Shown here piece by piece: positions 1 through 9,560 of a DNA stretch of 64,000 bases. The DNA comes from Calditrichia bacterium (GTDB lineage Bacteria; Calditrichota; Calditrichia; JAJRVZ01), in NCBI GenBank assembly GCA_963796965.1, contig CAWCNS010000008.1, forward strand, positions 128,001 to 192,000, written 5' to 3'. Position numbers and translations under genes: made by a program. Position 1 is the stretch's first letter; every line of letters begins with the position of its first letter. The notes under the pieces are model-generated. The model saw nothing but the letters and a program-made list of their open reading frames with translations. It was not told the DNA's origin and made no database searches.

Positions 1-1553
1 TCTCATCATCATCATGGAACCAATCGTTATTTGATCGATCAATATCCGACATCAATCGAAACGTTGTTAAACCTACCATATCAGATTCTGAAACGTCGGT
101 TACAGCAAAATTGGGCTCACATCCCTGCCCTTCCAAATAATCAGGCTTATGGTTACATTCGCCTTCATCGGGCCCATTATAGTTAATATCCAGCGGACCA
201 ACACCATCAAGACCGACATCGTCACCGGCGAATTCTCCAGGTTCAGGAATCCAATATCCTTCCTCATTCTTCTTTACATACATGCCGTTCTCGTTTGCAT
301 CGTAACCATCCTGCCAATCCTGGTCTTCATCTCCTTCAAAATGGTCGCGCAGGTCTTCTTCAACCAAGTCATATTGTTCCAGGAAATCATCCAGATTATA
401 TATATGATAATAAGGGCCAACGGTTTCTCCGGCCGGATTATCACGCTTTTCATCAACAATGCCATCTTCATCATTGTCGACGTTATCATAGGCAAGACCC
501 GGACTTTCCAAATAGGCTGTTGCAAAGGTGCCCGGCTCAATTCCTCCAACGCCTATACCATCATAATCCCAAACATAGACCATATCTAAATCGGTATTAA
601 AAAATCCAACATCATCATCGGGTGAATGCTCGTCACCGAGAGCCATGTCGATATCATACCCAAAACCACTTATCGGTAAATCGTAATCTGATATATTTGT
701 AATATCAAATTCCCAAAATATTATATCTTTAGCTTCCGGATTATTCCATTGAAATCCACGCGTAGCAATGCGTATTCCTAAACCACCCCAGGGATAGCCC
801 CCTTGTACAGTTACCTCGGGATTTATATCGCCGATAAATCTACCGGGCCTGGGATAGTATCTGGGACCCTTTTTAATTACATTCTCTTCAGGATCATTCC
901 TTTGTACAATCTTTTCCAGATCCTGAGCATCATTAAATACAAAATAACTTTCGAGATCGGCATATCTTATACCCCGTCCAAAACGGCCGTTCCATTCTCC
1001 GGGCCATTTTGTATCGAAACCTCTGGAGGGCCAGCCCGCGACAGGCCAGGAATCTTCTTTATTGCTCATGGCGATATAATCCTGGGTCGGATTGAGATAG
1101 CCTTTCACAGGCATAAACTGCCAGCGTATCGTGCTGTAATAATTTGCGTCATAATTCCAGATCCATCCGGATTGAACAAAAATTAACGAATCTATCTTGC
1201 CTTCAGATTTTAATGAAGCGACCTGATATAAATCTGTTACAGGAATTGAATCATTTTCAACAAAAACCTTACTAAATACAACTACGGTGCCTACATCGAT
1301 CATTCTCGTGCCCAGATAATTGTTTGGCCATTTACTATCGCGCATGTTATTATAACCAAATTTAAAAATGTCCGCAATTTGACCATTATTGAGAAAATAG
1401 AGCAGAACCCGGTTGCCATTCATAAATCCTTCACGCATCTCTGAAATATCGCCTGCCGGATCCTCAGGCCCTTCATAGGGCCTGCCCTGGGCGAAAAGGT
1501 TGTTAAAAAAAGAGTGGATAGCATAAGTGAGAGAAAAAGTATATGATTTGCAT
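1..1553 (-). CDS. Large secreted protein paralog P6 (same family as P1-P5); 3' part lies outside the window; apparent indels in the signal-peptide region
   Basis: Manual translation of the minus strand gives LFAQGRPYEGPEDPAGDISEMREGFMNGNRVLLYF...SKWPNNY...WPGEWNGRFGRG...RGFQWNNP...AYLESPG, homologous to P1-P5. It is absent from the ORF track because no stop lies in the window. The ATG at 1553 is out of frame with the body. Confidence 0.85.
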
Positions 1554-1577
1554 TATCTAAGTAAATTTGATAGTTAT

Positions 1578-1662
1578 GTAATTAGTAATTTGTAATTTAA
1601 TCATTATTAATCCAATTCAACCCTTACAATGTGCCAATTACCATTACTATAACCAATTTCCT
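1578..1662. repeat. Degenerate inverted array of GTAATT/AATTAC units (8-mer family) between the TonB receptor and P6
   Basis: gtaattagtaatttgtaatt ... ccaattaccattactataaccaatt. Confidence 0.45.
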
Positions 1663-1676
1663 CATTAAACTGTTTG

Positions 1677-4409
1677 TCAAAATTCAACACCGAAACCTAA
1701 TTTGATTTCTCTTGGTGCTGAATAGGCTGTCGGATTCTCAACACGGTCATAATAATCATTAAAATCGCTACGATGTTGGGCAATCTGTGATTCTCGAACG
1801 ACCGTCGTATAAGGTTGTCCGGTATCTCCATACACCCAGATCGGATTTTTTCTATCAAGTAAATTATATATCCGCAAAAATAATTTGGCCTCTAAATCAC
1901 CCATAATTTTAAAGGCATAATAGGCATTGACATCTACTCTAAATGAGGAAGGTATATAATCGTTATTCTGATAAAGGTTTATGAGCGACAAACGGCTCTC
2001 TGTCTGGGGGGAAAATGTATAAGGCGTTCCCGTATCATAGAATGCCATAAGCGTTGCCGCATATTTAGGTGTTGAATAACCGACTGTTATGTTAAACGTA
2101 TGCCGTTGATCCCAACTCATTGGAATTAAGCGTTTAATTGGATCCATGCTGTTACCGGCCCGGGTAAACGTCTGTGTTGGATTATCGGCATTTCCTTTTG
2201 TGTAGGCCAGCGTATAATTAGCAAAACTATAAAATCCGCCAAGATCATAGTCAAGCCTCATTTCCAAACCACGGGCATTTCCATAATCTTTATTCGTATA
2301 TAGTCCATATTCAATCTGGTTATAGGTAGATATGATCCGTGTACTTAAAAGATCGTAAATATCCTTATAATAGAGACTTACTTCTAAACCTAACCCTTTA
2401 ATGAGTTCCTGCCATAGACCAATTTCATACTGAATAGTTTTCTGGGGATGCAACTGGGCATTGCCCATTGTCGTTCCATAGTCATTTACAGGCACACGAA
2501 AAATATTGTTGGCATAAAGCGCATACATGGGCGGCATCTGGAAAAAATGTCCATAGCTAAAATGTAGCACAGCTCTTTTCCCTAACTGATATGACAAGCC
2601 AAATCTGGGACTTATTTGCGTTTGAGGATCGGCTTTTTGATAGCTCGTCATCAGGCTGTCCGGTAAATTCAGCTGATTGGAGGGATTGCGCCGGTCGGTG
2701 GGATAAACCTGATCAGAATAAAAATAATCGTAGCGTACACCCAGATTGATCACCATATCCTCAAATTCCATTTTATCCTGCATATACCCTGAGAATTCAA
2801 AGGGTTGAACTTCATATACATCCATTGTGTTTTCAGTTTGCGGAACCATTTCCAATTCATAATAGGGCCAGTCGACCTTCCCCGTTATCGGATCGATGAC
2901 CTTTGTATTTTCTTCAGTCAATCCTGCATATTTATTACGTACATCAATTCTATCCTGATTTATATAATGCTGAGTAAAAAGCCCACCTACTTTAAATAAA
3001 TGGTTATTAGTAGCCTGCCAGGATAAATCAAGTTTCAAATTGAAGTCTTCAAAATAAGACATCGATTTACCCGCTGCGGCAACACCACCGGTGGCAAATC
3101 CAGGTTGACCGGTTCCAACGTAGCGCGGATGTACATAACGTGAATCTAAAGGATCTTCGAATTTATATGACTCATATTTATTATCAATATAAGAAGCCTT
3201 AAACTCGTAGAATAGAGATGGTGAAATCGTATGATTCAAACTTAGTGTATACATATATGCCTGGTGGTAATTCGACCCAAGATAATCAGGATTATATTTG
3301 TAATAATGACTGTATCCTTTCGTTTCATCATCATTAAAAGTAAACATAGCGCTAATTTTCAATGTGTTATAAGGCCTGAATGAAAGTTTTCCAAGAAAAG
3401 AATGATGATAATCTTTCATCATACTTACGAGTTCGCCGTCACCCGTATTCTCTATATGCCACTCTTGTGGGTCCGGGTTTGTATAATCGCTATAATCAGT
3501 TGAGGTGAATCTCCTGATACCATTAAGATAGCCATTAAGAATCTGCCTTCTATAATTTGTAAAAAAAGTTATATTTTCACCTAGTACCGGACCGGATAAT
3601 TGAATTCTGTAGTCCTGGCTTAGATTACGATCCAAGGATCCATCACTTAGACCGGGAAATTCATCGCCATGAGCAGTAAAATAATTTGACGCGTACGCTT
3701 GAACAGATGCCTGAAAACGACCTTTACCCTCTTTAGTAACGGCATTAACCACCCCACTCATGGCGCGGCCATACTCTGCATTAAAAGTACCTTTAATAAT
3801 CTCAAGGTCTTCAACTGCTCCGGTCTCAATTGTTACAGAAGAACCTGTTCCACTGAAATTTTCATCCACCTGTAAGCCATCCACCATATAAGACACCTCT
3901 GTATCCCTACCTCCGCGAAAATGGCCGGCAACTACACCCGATTGTATGCTGACTACATCTGCGAGACTTTCTACGGGTAAAAGTTCCATTTGATCCGAGC
4001 TCACAGTAAGAGATGATCCGGTTTGGTCTTTCTTTGTGGCAATTTTATCGACCTCTACGACAATGGTTTCCCCTTCGATGATGGAAGATTCCAATTTTCC
4101 ATTAAGTGTAATTGTAGAATTGGTACTGACACGTATATTTGGAAAACTGAGGTTCTTATATCCGATCATTTGAACGGTAACGTTATAGGTTCCCGGCGGA
4201 ACATTAATTATGAAAAATGCACCATCCAAATCTGTTGAGGCTCCCATACTAGTTCCTTCAATATAAACATTTGCACCAGCTAACGGCTCACCAGTAGTGC
4301 CATCCTCAACAATGCCGGCAATTTTACCGGTAGTCTGGGCAAGACAAAGATTTGTTGTTACCACTATGAGTACTAAAATTGTGACAAAAATTTTTGGAGT
4401 GTTATTCAT
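1677..4409 (-). CDS. TonB-dependent receptor with N-terminal carboxypeptidase-regulatory-like domain
   Basis: 910 aa; signal peptide; GEPLAGANV..G..TDLDG domain; plug motifs FRGGR and GTFNAEYGRAMSGVVN; C-terminal Phe (LGFGVEF). Confidence 0.9.
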   Translation of the reverse strand: MNNTPKIFVTILVLIVVTTNLCLAQTTGKIAGIVEDGTTGEPLAGANVYIEGTSMGASTDLDGAFFIINVPPGTYNVTVQMIGYKNLSFPNIRVSTNSTITLNGKLESSIIEGETIVVEVDKIATKKDQTGSSLTVSSDQMELLPVESLADVVSIQSGVVAGHFRGGRDTEVSYMVDGLQVDENFSGTGSSVTIETGAVEDLEIIKGTFNAEYGRAMSGVVNAVTKEGKGRFQASVQAYASNYFTAHGDEFPGLSDGSLDRNLSQDYRIQLSGPVLGENITFFTNYRRQILNGYLNGIRRFTSTDYSDYTNPDPQEWHIENTGDGELVSMMKDYHHSFLGKLSFRPYNTLKISAMFTFNDDETKGYSHYYKYNPDYLGSNYHQAYMYTLSLNHTISPSLFYEFKASYIDNKYESYKFEDPLDSRYVHPRYVGTGQPGFATGGVAAAGKSMSYFEDFNLKLDLSWQATNNHLFKVGGLFTQHYINQDRIDVRNKYAGLTEENTKVIDPITGKVDWPYYELEMVPQTENTMDVYEVQPFEFSGYMQDKMEFEDMVINLGVRYDYFYSDQVYPTDRRNPSNQLNLPDSLMTSYQKADPQTQISPRFGLSYQLGKRAVLHFSYGHFFQMPPMYALYANNIFRVPVNDYGTTMGNAQLHPQKTIQYEIGLWQELIKGLGLEVSLYYKDIYDLLSTRIISTYNQIEYGLYTNKDYGNARGLEMRLDYDLGGFYSFANYTLAYTKGNADNPTQTFTRAGNSMDPIKRLIPMSWDQRHTFNITVGYSTPKYAATLMAFYDTGTPYTFSPQTESRLSLINLYQNNDYIPSSFRVDVNAYYAFKIMGDLEAKLFLRIYNLLDRKNPIWVYGDTGQPYTTVVRESQIAQHRSDFNDYYDRVENPTAYSAPREIKLGFGVEF

Positions 4410-4880
4410 CTTGATAACCCCTTATTTAGAAGTGTGTATAAGGCAAGACATATCTGCAATGATTTTTGTAATTTTAATGAACACTGGCTCATGTATCATT
4501 TTCGAAGGGTGCAAAAGGTTAGTTTTTTTTATTTAGAAACTAACCTTCTGAATTATAATAAAAAATGTTTCGAAAACAAAGTAATTTTTTATTACACTGT
4601 GAATAAATTCAAAAAATATATACTTTCACCCTATGGTTAACTTCGGTTATCTCTTCGAATCAGTTTTAGGGTCGTATCTTTGTGTGTTTTTAACTAACAT
4701 CTGGCCGTGACTATTCATTCTAACATAGGATTTCCAAATACTGTGCAAAATCATCCACAAAACACCAATTACGATAAGCAATAGGTGGCTAGCTGCAGCA
4801 TCTGGAAGGCGGGATATGCACAGAATGGCACGATTTTAAAATATCCACTATATTAATGAGATTTGAATATCTGCCCTATG

Positions 4881-6389
4881 TTAGTTTTCAGATTCCTGTT
4901 TCATTTTACGTCCATAATCCAATTTATTATCTGTTGTTACCAGAGGAAAAGAGGGTACAACTTTGGTGAAGGGCACATTTTTCTGTGTTACACTCATATC
5001 AATCCTGGTTAATTTTATATCATTAAATGCGTCCACATCCACCTCGATTTGATCCGCGTATTTTTTCTGCAATGAATCAACTTGAGGATTTAGATGATTC
5101 TCAATTAAGGGAATATAATTCATTTCTGACAGACTATCGGGCAAAACCCCGCGGAGAAACTCATTTTTATAATATTGATAGTTTAAATTATCACGCCACA
5201 TATTTACGTTTCTCTGGATTACATTTATCTTGTCATACCCCCTGTCATACGCTACCTGGTCTAAATATTTATCCCTTATCATATCCATAATTGCAAACTG
5301 AAGCTGCTGTCCAAATTCTTTATTTCTCATATTCTTTTTTCGAAATACAAGGGGATGGGCTGTTAATTCGTCAACAAAATCTCTTACAGTCCAGACTTCG
5401 TTGTCTATATTAAAAAGAGGCTCCTGATATAATAATGCCATTTGTGTTTCGATATCCTTGAATTTCTCAGTATCATCATCCTTGTTCCAAAAAGATTTAT
5501 TCAACATTGCTTTCTTTTCAGCCTCTGTTTGGATATAAACCGGTCCTAATAAATCAGCAATTTTAAAAAAAACATCCGGACTGAACTCAATAGACTTTCC
5601 TTTCATTACATCAAGAATATAATTATCGAATAATTTTACAGATTGTCTTTGAATGAACTTGTCGCTGACATTTCGCCATCTTTCCTGAATCTGATATTCC
5701 GTAATAGCGACTCTGTCTATCCAACCATTAATTTTAATCATCATATAGTCAGTTTTATTTATCTTAACCGGGCCGATTATCTGATTTTTTTTTAACGGCA
5801 AAGAATAAAGCGAATCTAGAATAGCATTATTCTCGTGAGTGGACCATTCCACCTCTCTTTTTGGCAGTGTATCCATACCTGTTGCCTCTAAATAAACATC
5901 CTCAAACGAGGTGCTTTTCCCTCTGATCTGCTTGTTTATCATATACACAAAAGCACTATCGGGAACATTAAAATAGGAAACTTTATACTTCCTGCCGGCA
6001 ACACGTACTGTGTTTAAAACTTGTGCAGAATCAAGTACAACTTTTTCCATTGCTTCTTTCTCATACAGCCACTGACGCATGGCTTGCTCTTTCCTGCCCC
6101 GCAGATAAGTCTCGATTTTCTTATCTAATATAAACGTATTCGTATCACCCGCTTCAATAGCCATTAGTTTTTCAGCGATAAGAGAATTGAGAACAATCTT
6201 TTTATCTAAATTGTGATCACCTCTACAATAGGGCGGACGAATTGTATATTCTGCGCGACGGATAAATTCATTGACAGAGATCGATTTATCACCAATTTTC
6301 ACCAAAATAGTTTCTTTTGGTTCTATTATCTCTTCCTTACCACATGAGATAAGGAGCAATAACGAAAAAATATATAATTTACTTTTCAC
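4881..6389 (-). CDS. Lipoprotein, SurA/PrsA (peptidyl-prolyl isomerase chaperone)-like
   Basis: 502 aa; lipobox LLISC; ILVKIGDKSISVNEF...LNSLIAEKLMAIEA resembles the SurA/PrsA N-terminal helical domain; IIGPVK resembles a parvulin motif. Confidence 0.6.
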   Translation of the reverse strand: MKSKLYIFSLLLLISCGKEEIIEPKETILVKIGDKSISVNEFIRRAEYTIRPPYCRGDHNLDKKIVLNSLIAEKLMAIEAGDTNTFILDKKIETYLRGRKEQAMRQWLYEKEAMEKVVLDSAQVLNTVRVAGRKYKVSYFNVPDSAFVYMINKQIRGKSTSFEDVYLEATGMDTLPKREVEWSTHENNAILDSLYSLPLKKNQIIGPVKINKTDYMMIKINGWIDRVAITEYQIQERWRNVSDKFIQRQSVKLFDNYILDVMKGKSIEFSPDVFFKIADLLGPVYIQTEAEKKAMLNKSFWNKDDDTEKFKDIETQMALLYQEPLFNIDNEVWTVRDFVDELTAHPLVFRKKNMRNKEFGQQLQFAIMDMIRDKYLDQVAYDRGYDKINVIQRNVNMWRDNLNYQYYKNEFLRGVLPDSLSEMNYIPLIENHLNPQVDSLQKKYADQIEVDVDAFNDIKLTRIDMSVTQKNVPFTKVVPSFPLVTTDNKLDYGRKMKQESEN

Positions 6390-6453
6390 TTTGGTTCCCT
6401 GTTGTTATTATTCAACTATTAAATTGAATTTATTCATTTATAAAACACATCAG

Positions 6454-6479
6454 TAGAAGTTAGGAGTTAGGAGTTAGAA
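6454..6479. repeat. 7-bp tandem repeat arm (AGTTAGR), inverted partner of 6834-6858
   Basis: tagaagttaggagttaggagttagaa. Confidence 0.8.
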
Positions 6480-6507
6480 TTTTTTTTCTATAAGAATATA
6501 ATAACTT

Positions 6508-6831
6508 TCAAATTTCGTTGCTAAGTTCCAATAATTTATCATTTTTTATATATCCTAGATCTTTAGATAAAATCACAAAATAACGAGATTCTTCCAGGGA
6601 GCCTTCTGCAATGTTTAAAAATCGCGCTTTATCTGCAGCTGATTGCTTGCGAAATCCTTCTGCAATATTTGCACAGATGGATATTGCGGAACGGCGGAAT
6701 TGTGAACTCAAACCATAAGTTTCATGCTTCGGAAAAGAAGTGGTTTCTTTATACACCATAAGTACAAATTGATGCGCCTTTTGCCAGACGATTAAATCTG
6801 TAAATGTTTTTGCAGGTTTTTTCACAATCAA
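6508..6831 (-). CDS. Four helix bundle protein (TIGR02436 / 23S rRNA IVP family), probably truncated by an in-frame TGA
   Basis: FTDLIVWQKAH...FPKHETYGLSSQFRRSAISICANIAEGF is the family signature; the frame continues after TGA as KLLYSYRKKILTPNS*. Confidence 0.88.
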   Translation of the reverse strand: MIVKKPAKTFTDLIVWQKAHQFVLMVYKETTSFPKHETYGLSSQFRRSAISICANIAEGFRKQSAADKARFLNIAEGSLEESRYFVILSKDLGYIKNDKLLELSNEI

Positions 6832-6833
6832 TG

Positions 6834-6858
6834 CTAACTTCTAACTTCTATCTTCTAA
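6834..6858. repeat. 7-bp tandem repeat arm (CTAACTT), inverted partner of 6454-6479
   Basis: ctaacttctaacttctatcttctaa. Confidence 0.8.
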
Positions 6859-6921
6859 TTTTTATTAGATTTATCAATTTGATCAATAGAGTCTCCGGCT
6901 TCAACACACTCCTCAATTTTC

Positions 6922-9234
6922 CTAGCGGACAACAACCATCTTCCGCGAGGACATTCCCTGATCTGATTTAATCCTACACAAATAAATCCCTGAAGAAACC
7001 ATCTGGTTTGCCTCATTTCTACCATCCCAGTTTATAGTAAATTGTCCAGCATAACGGATTTCATTAATAAGCGTTTTTACTCTCTCACCCAAGATATTAT
7101 ATATGGTTAATTCAACATTCGATTTTTGTGGAAGCTGATACATAATTGTTGTTTCACTATCTTGTGGATTCATGGGATTTGGATAATTGGACAGGATACG
7201 AACATCGGCAACTTCTGAGTCATATACCGAATATAAATTTGCGGAACCTACCATATGCTGAAGTGTATGGAGAGAATTGGAATTGTCAAAAATACAATAC
7301 CAATTTGAACTACCATCAAATTCAAATCCAATCGAAGCATGGTCGGTTTCATTAAATGAATGGGAACCCCCAAATTCCTCACCGGTAAGATAGCTTTGAT
7401 AATTTGGTTCATCTGTAATAAAACAATTTACTTTTCCATTTTCCGAGGGTATAAATTGGAAGGCGCCATTATTCATATCATCGAAAAGGTCTCTTCCACG
7501 CAAGATTTGCGATGGTACATCTACATCAATCGCCAGATAGTAACGATTATCTTTAAACTGAGGTACAGGAATTTCGTTCCAGCTTAGTTGTGGTTTTTTA
7601 GCATCAATCCTCATGTAGACTGAATATTCCGCACCAGCCTCACTGTTACCCAAAACTCTCAGCACTTCTCCCGAATTGGAAGGTATACTGCCATAGTCGC
7701 AACTCATTTTCGCCCAATAGGATCTGCCCGGCCCCACTAGGAAAGTTACTTTACCGCTATTATCTGTAAAACCATAGTGATCGAATGCTTTTGGGCTGTA
7801 CAAACCTGTTGTATATAATATAATCCTTGCGCCATCAATTGGATTATCTAAACTATCCAATGCATAAATATTAAGTGTTGCGTGTCCTCTGGTGTAACGA
7901 GGCGTCACGGAACTCATAAAACCATCACTGCGCCATCTAAAAACAGTACCAAATTCTTTACCCCATCCATCGATATACATATAGGGATTATTAATAGTAC
8001 CATCCCAATGGATCCACTCTTCATCCCAGAACTCGTTCCACACATGGTCCGTAGAATAAGAGGCAACACTTGTACAGGGGATAAGCGCTGAACGGGCGAT
8101 GGCTACCCTCATATCACCGTTTTCTCCGCAACGCCCGATATGTTTGCGATAAATCCGCACCGGTTGATGTGGTCTTTCGTCATTAGAGGTAAAATCCATA
8201 CTCGCGCTCTGCCATCGATTCATTATCTCTATTGCGTGTGCACCACCACTTCCGGGAGCGTTAAATTCGTTCCAAACGACTTTACAATCCTTGACCATAT
8301 CTTTGAATTTTGCATACCCCGGATCGGAATTATAAAAAAGGAATTCACGCCAAAAGTGACCTTTATCCGGTGTAGTGATATTGTTTACATGGGAACTATT
8401 ACTTTCGATAATATCAGGATCGATAAAAGCTGGGATTTCGTCAGTTATTTTAGGATGAACAATATACCAGTAATATATATCTCTCGGCACTTCCACTTCT
8501 GTTGTATCTGTATACTTCGCTTTACGATATTTTGTTGTTGTATAGTAGTTTGGATCTGTTTGCGAAGTGCCATAGTCAATAACATCTACATAGTTTAAAT
8601 ATTTGTCATTTTCATAGATCAATTTGGCATTTAACTCAAGCAGTTCAACTGAAGCATATAATGAGGTTAAATACTGTGGAGACAGGTGAGCAATACAAAA
8701 GGCAATTTCATCCACAAATGGATCTTCTGCATCAAGTATCGCCCTTGCCCATTTATCCTGGTAAGCGATTTCCAGGAGCGCAAAGACATTGATCAAGTCA
8801 TTTTTCATCCACCTGGGTGCCTTCTCAATGGCTGTCTGAACCTCTTGGGAAAATTGATTTTCAGGTTCAGGATAAATTAAATCCAGTAATTTATTTTGAC
8901 TATTAAATTTGAGAGCAAAATATCCACCCGCAGGAATATATAAGTCGAAATCATTGGTTTCTGATTGGGGGGCCGTAATCGTATGATATGGTTTTGAGAA
9001 CTTCTGTTTTTTCATTTTTGTCGCCGGGAAATAAACCGGTGCCTCCCCAACGTCGATCAAATCAGGTTTCTCTATTACGCTATGTGTGCTGCCCCTCGGT
9101 TCCAAATCATCAGTTTTATTTTGCGCCCAAATCTGCCTATCAATAAATCCTGGTTCGGATATGAGTAAGCAAGACAGGATAAAAACCTTCAGTCCAATAT
9201 TTCTTATAATTAGTTTACATATCCATATGAACAT
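6922..9234 (-). CDS. T9SS type A cargo protein with transglutaminase-like (Png1/NGLY1-like) Cys-His-Asp domain and C-terminal FlgD-Ig/CTD
   Basis: GRCGE...DHVWNEF...WIHWD motif; C-terminal NYPNPMNP...IYNILGERVKTL...WDGRN...SSGIYLCRI. Confidence 0.8.
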   Translation of the reverse strand: MFIWICKLIIRNIGLKVFILSCLLISEPGFIDRQIWAQNKTDDLEPRGSTHSVIEKPDLIDVGEAPVYFPATKMKKQKFSKPYHTITAPQSETNDFDLYIPAGGYFALKFNSQNKLLDLIYPEPENQFSQEVQTAIEKAPRWMKNDLINVFALLEIAYQDKWARAILDAEDPFVDEIAFCIAHLSPQYLTSLYASVELLELNAKLIYENDKYLNYVDVIDYGTSQTDPNYYTTTKYRKAKYTDTTEVEVPRDIYYWYIVHPKITDEIPAFIDPDIIESNSSHVNNITTPDKGHFWREFLFYNSDPGYAKFKDMVKDCKVVWNEFNAPGSGGAHAIEIMNRWQSASMDFTSNDERPHQPVRIYRKHIGRCGENGDMRVAIARSALIPCTSVASYSTDHVWNEFWDEEWIHWDGTINNPYMYIDGWGKEFGTVFRWRSDGFMSSVTPRYTRGHATLNIYALDSLDNPIDGARIILYTTGLYSPKAFDHYGFTDNSGKVTFLVGPGRSYWAKMSCDYGSIPSNSGEVLRVLGNSEAGAEYSVYMRIDAKKPQLSWNEIPVPQFKDNRYYLAIDVDVPSQILRGRDLFDDMNNGAFQFIPSENGKVNCFITDEPNYQSYLTGEEFGGSHSFNETDHASIGFEFDGSSNWYCIFDNSNSLHTLQHMVGSANLYSVYDSEVADVRILSNYPNPMNPQDSETTIMYQLPQKSNVELTIYNILGERVKTLINEIRYAGQFTINWDGRNEANQMVSSGIYLCRIKSDQGMSSRKMVVVR

Positions 9235-9247
9235 TTTCTTCCTTAAG

Positions 9248-9401
9248 GGTAATTAGGTTATTAGTTAATTGGATAATTGGGTATTTGGGTAATTAGGTTA
9301 CTAGGTTAATAGGTAAAAAAGTGATTAGGTAATAAGGTAACAGAGGAATAACCTTAATACCTATTAACCCATTTGCCAAATTACCATATATCCTAATAGC
9401 C
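9248..9401. repeat. Empty inverted array of ~8-bp units (GGTAATTR / YAATTACC)
   Basis: ggtaattaggttattagttaattggataattgggtatttgggtaattagg... followed by ...ccttaatacctattaacccatttgccaaattacc. Confidence 0.8.
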
Positions 9402-9464
9402 AAACACCCCTTTTACTAAATGCCATCCGTCTCAGATTGATATCATAGAATAATACAGACAAAA

Positions 9465-9492
9465 TAGGGCAAACATAACAGTTCGCCCCTAC
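9465..9492 (-). repeat. GTAG-type REP-like palindrome
   Basis: Minus strand reads GTAG-GGGCGAAC-tgttat-GTTTGCCC-ta. Confidence 0.6.
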
Positions 9493-9560
9493 ATTTCACA
9501 TCTCACGTTTTGACGTCTGACACCTCTCACGTTTCACGTCTCACGTCTGACGTTTCACAC
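9492..9560. repeat. 7-bp tandem array (TCACGTY), abutting the P5 stop codon
   Basis: catttcacatctcacgttttgacgtctgacacctctcacgtttcacgtctcacgtctgacgtttcacac. Confidence 0.8.

Noticed and set aside
4566..4578. TGTTTCGAAAACA imperfect palindrome as an operator upstream of the TBDR
   Set aside because: Single imperfect copy in AT-rich DNA; no matching site found upstream of the other operons.
6508..6510. TGA recoding (alternative genetic code or selenocysteine)
   Set aside because: TGA is the normal stop of several intact genes here (TBDR at 1677, P1-P5), and the position is not a catalytic Cys.
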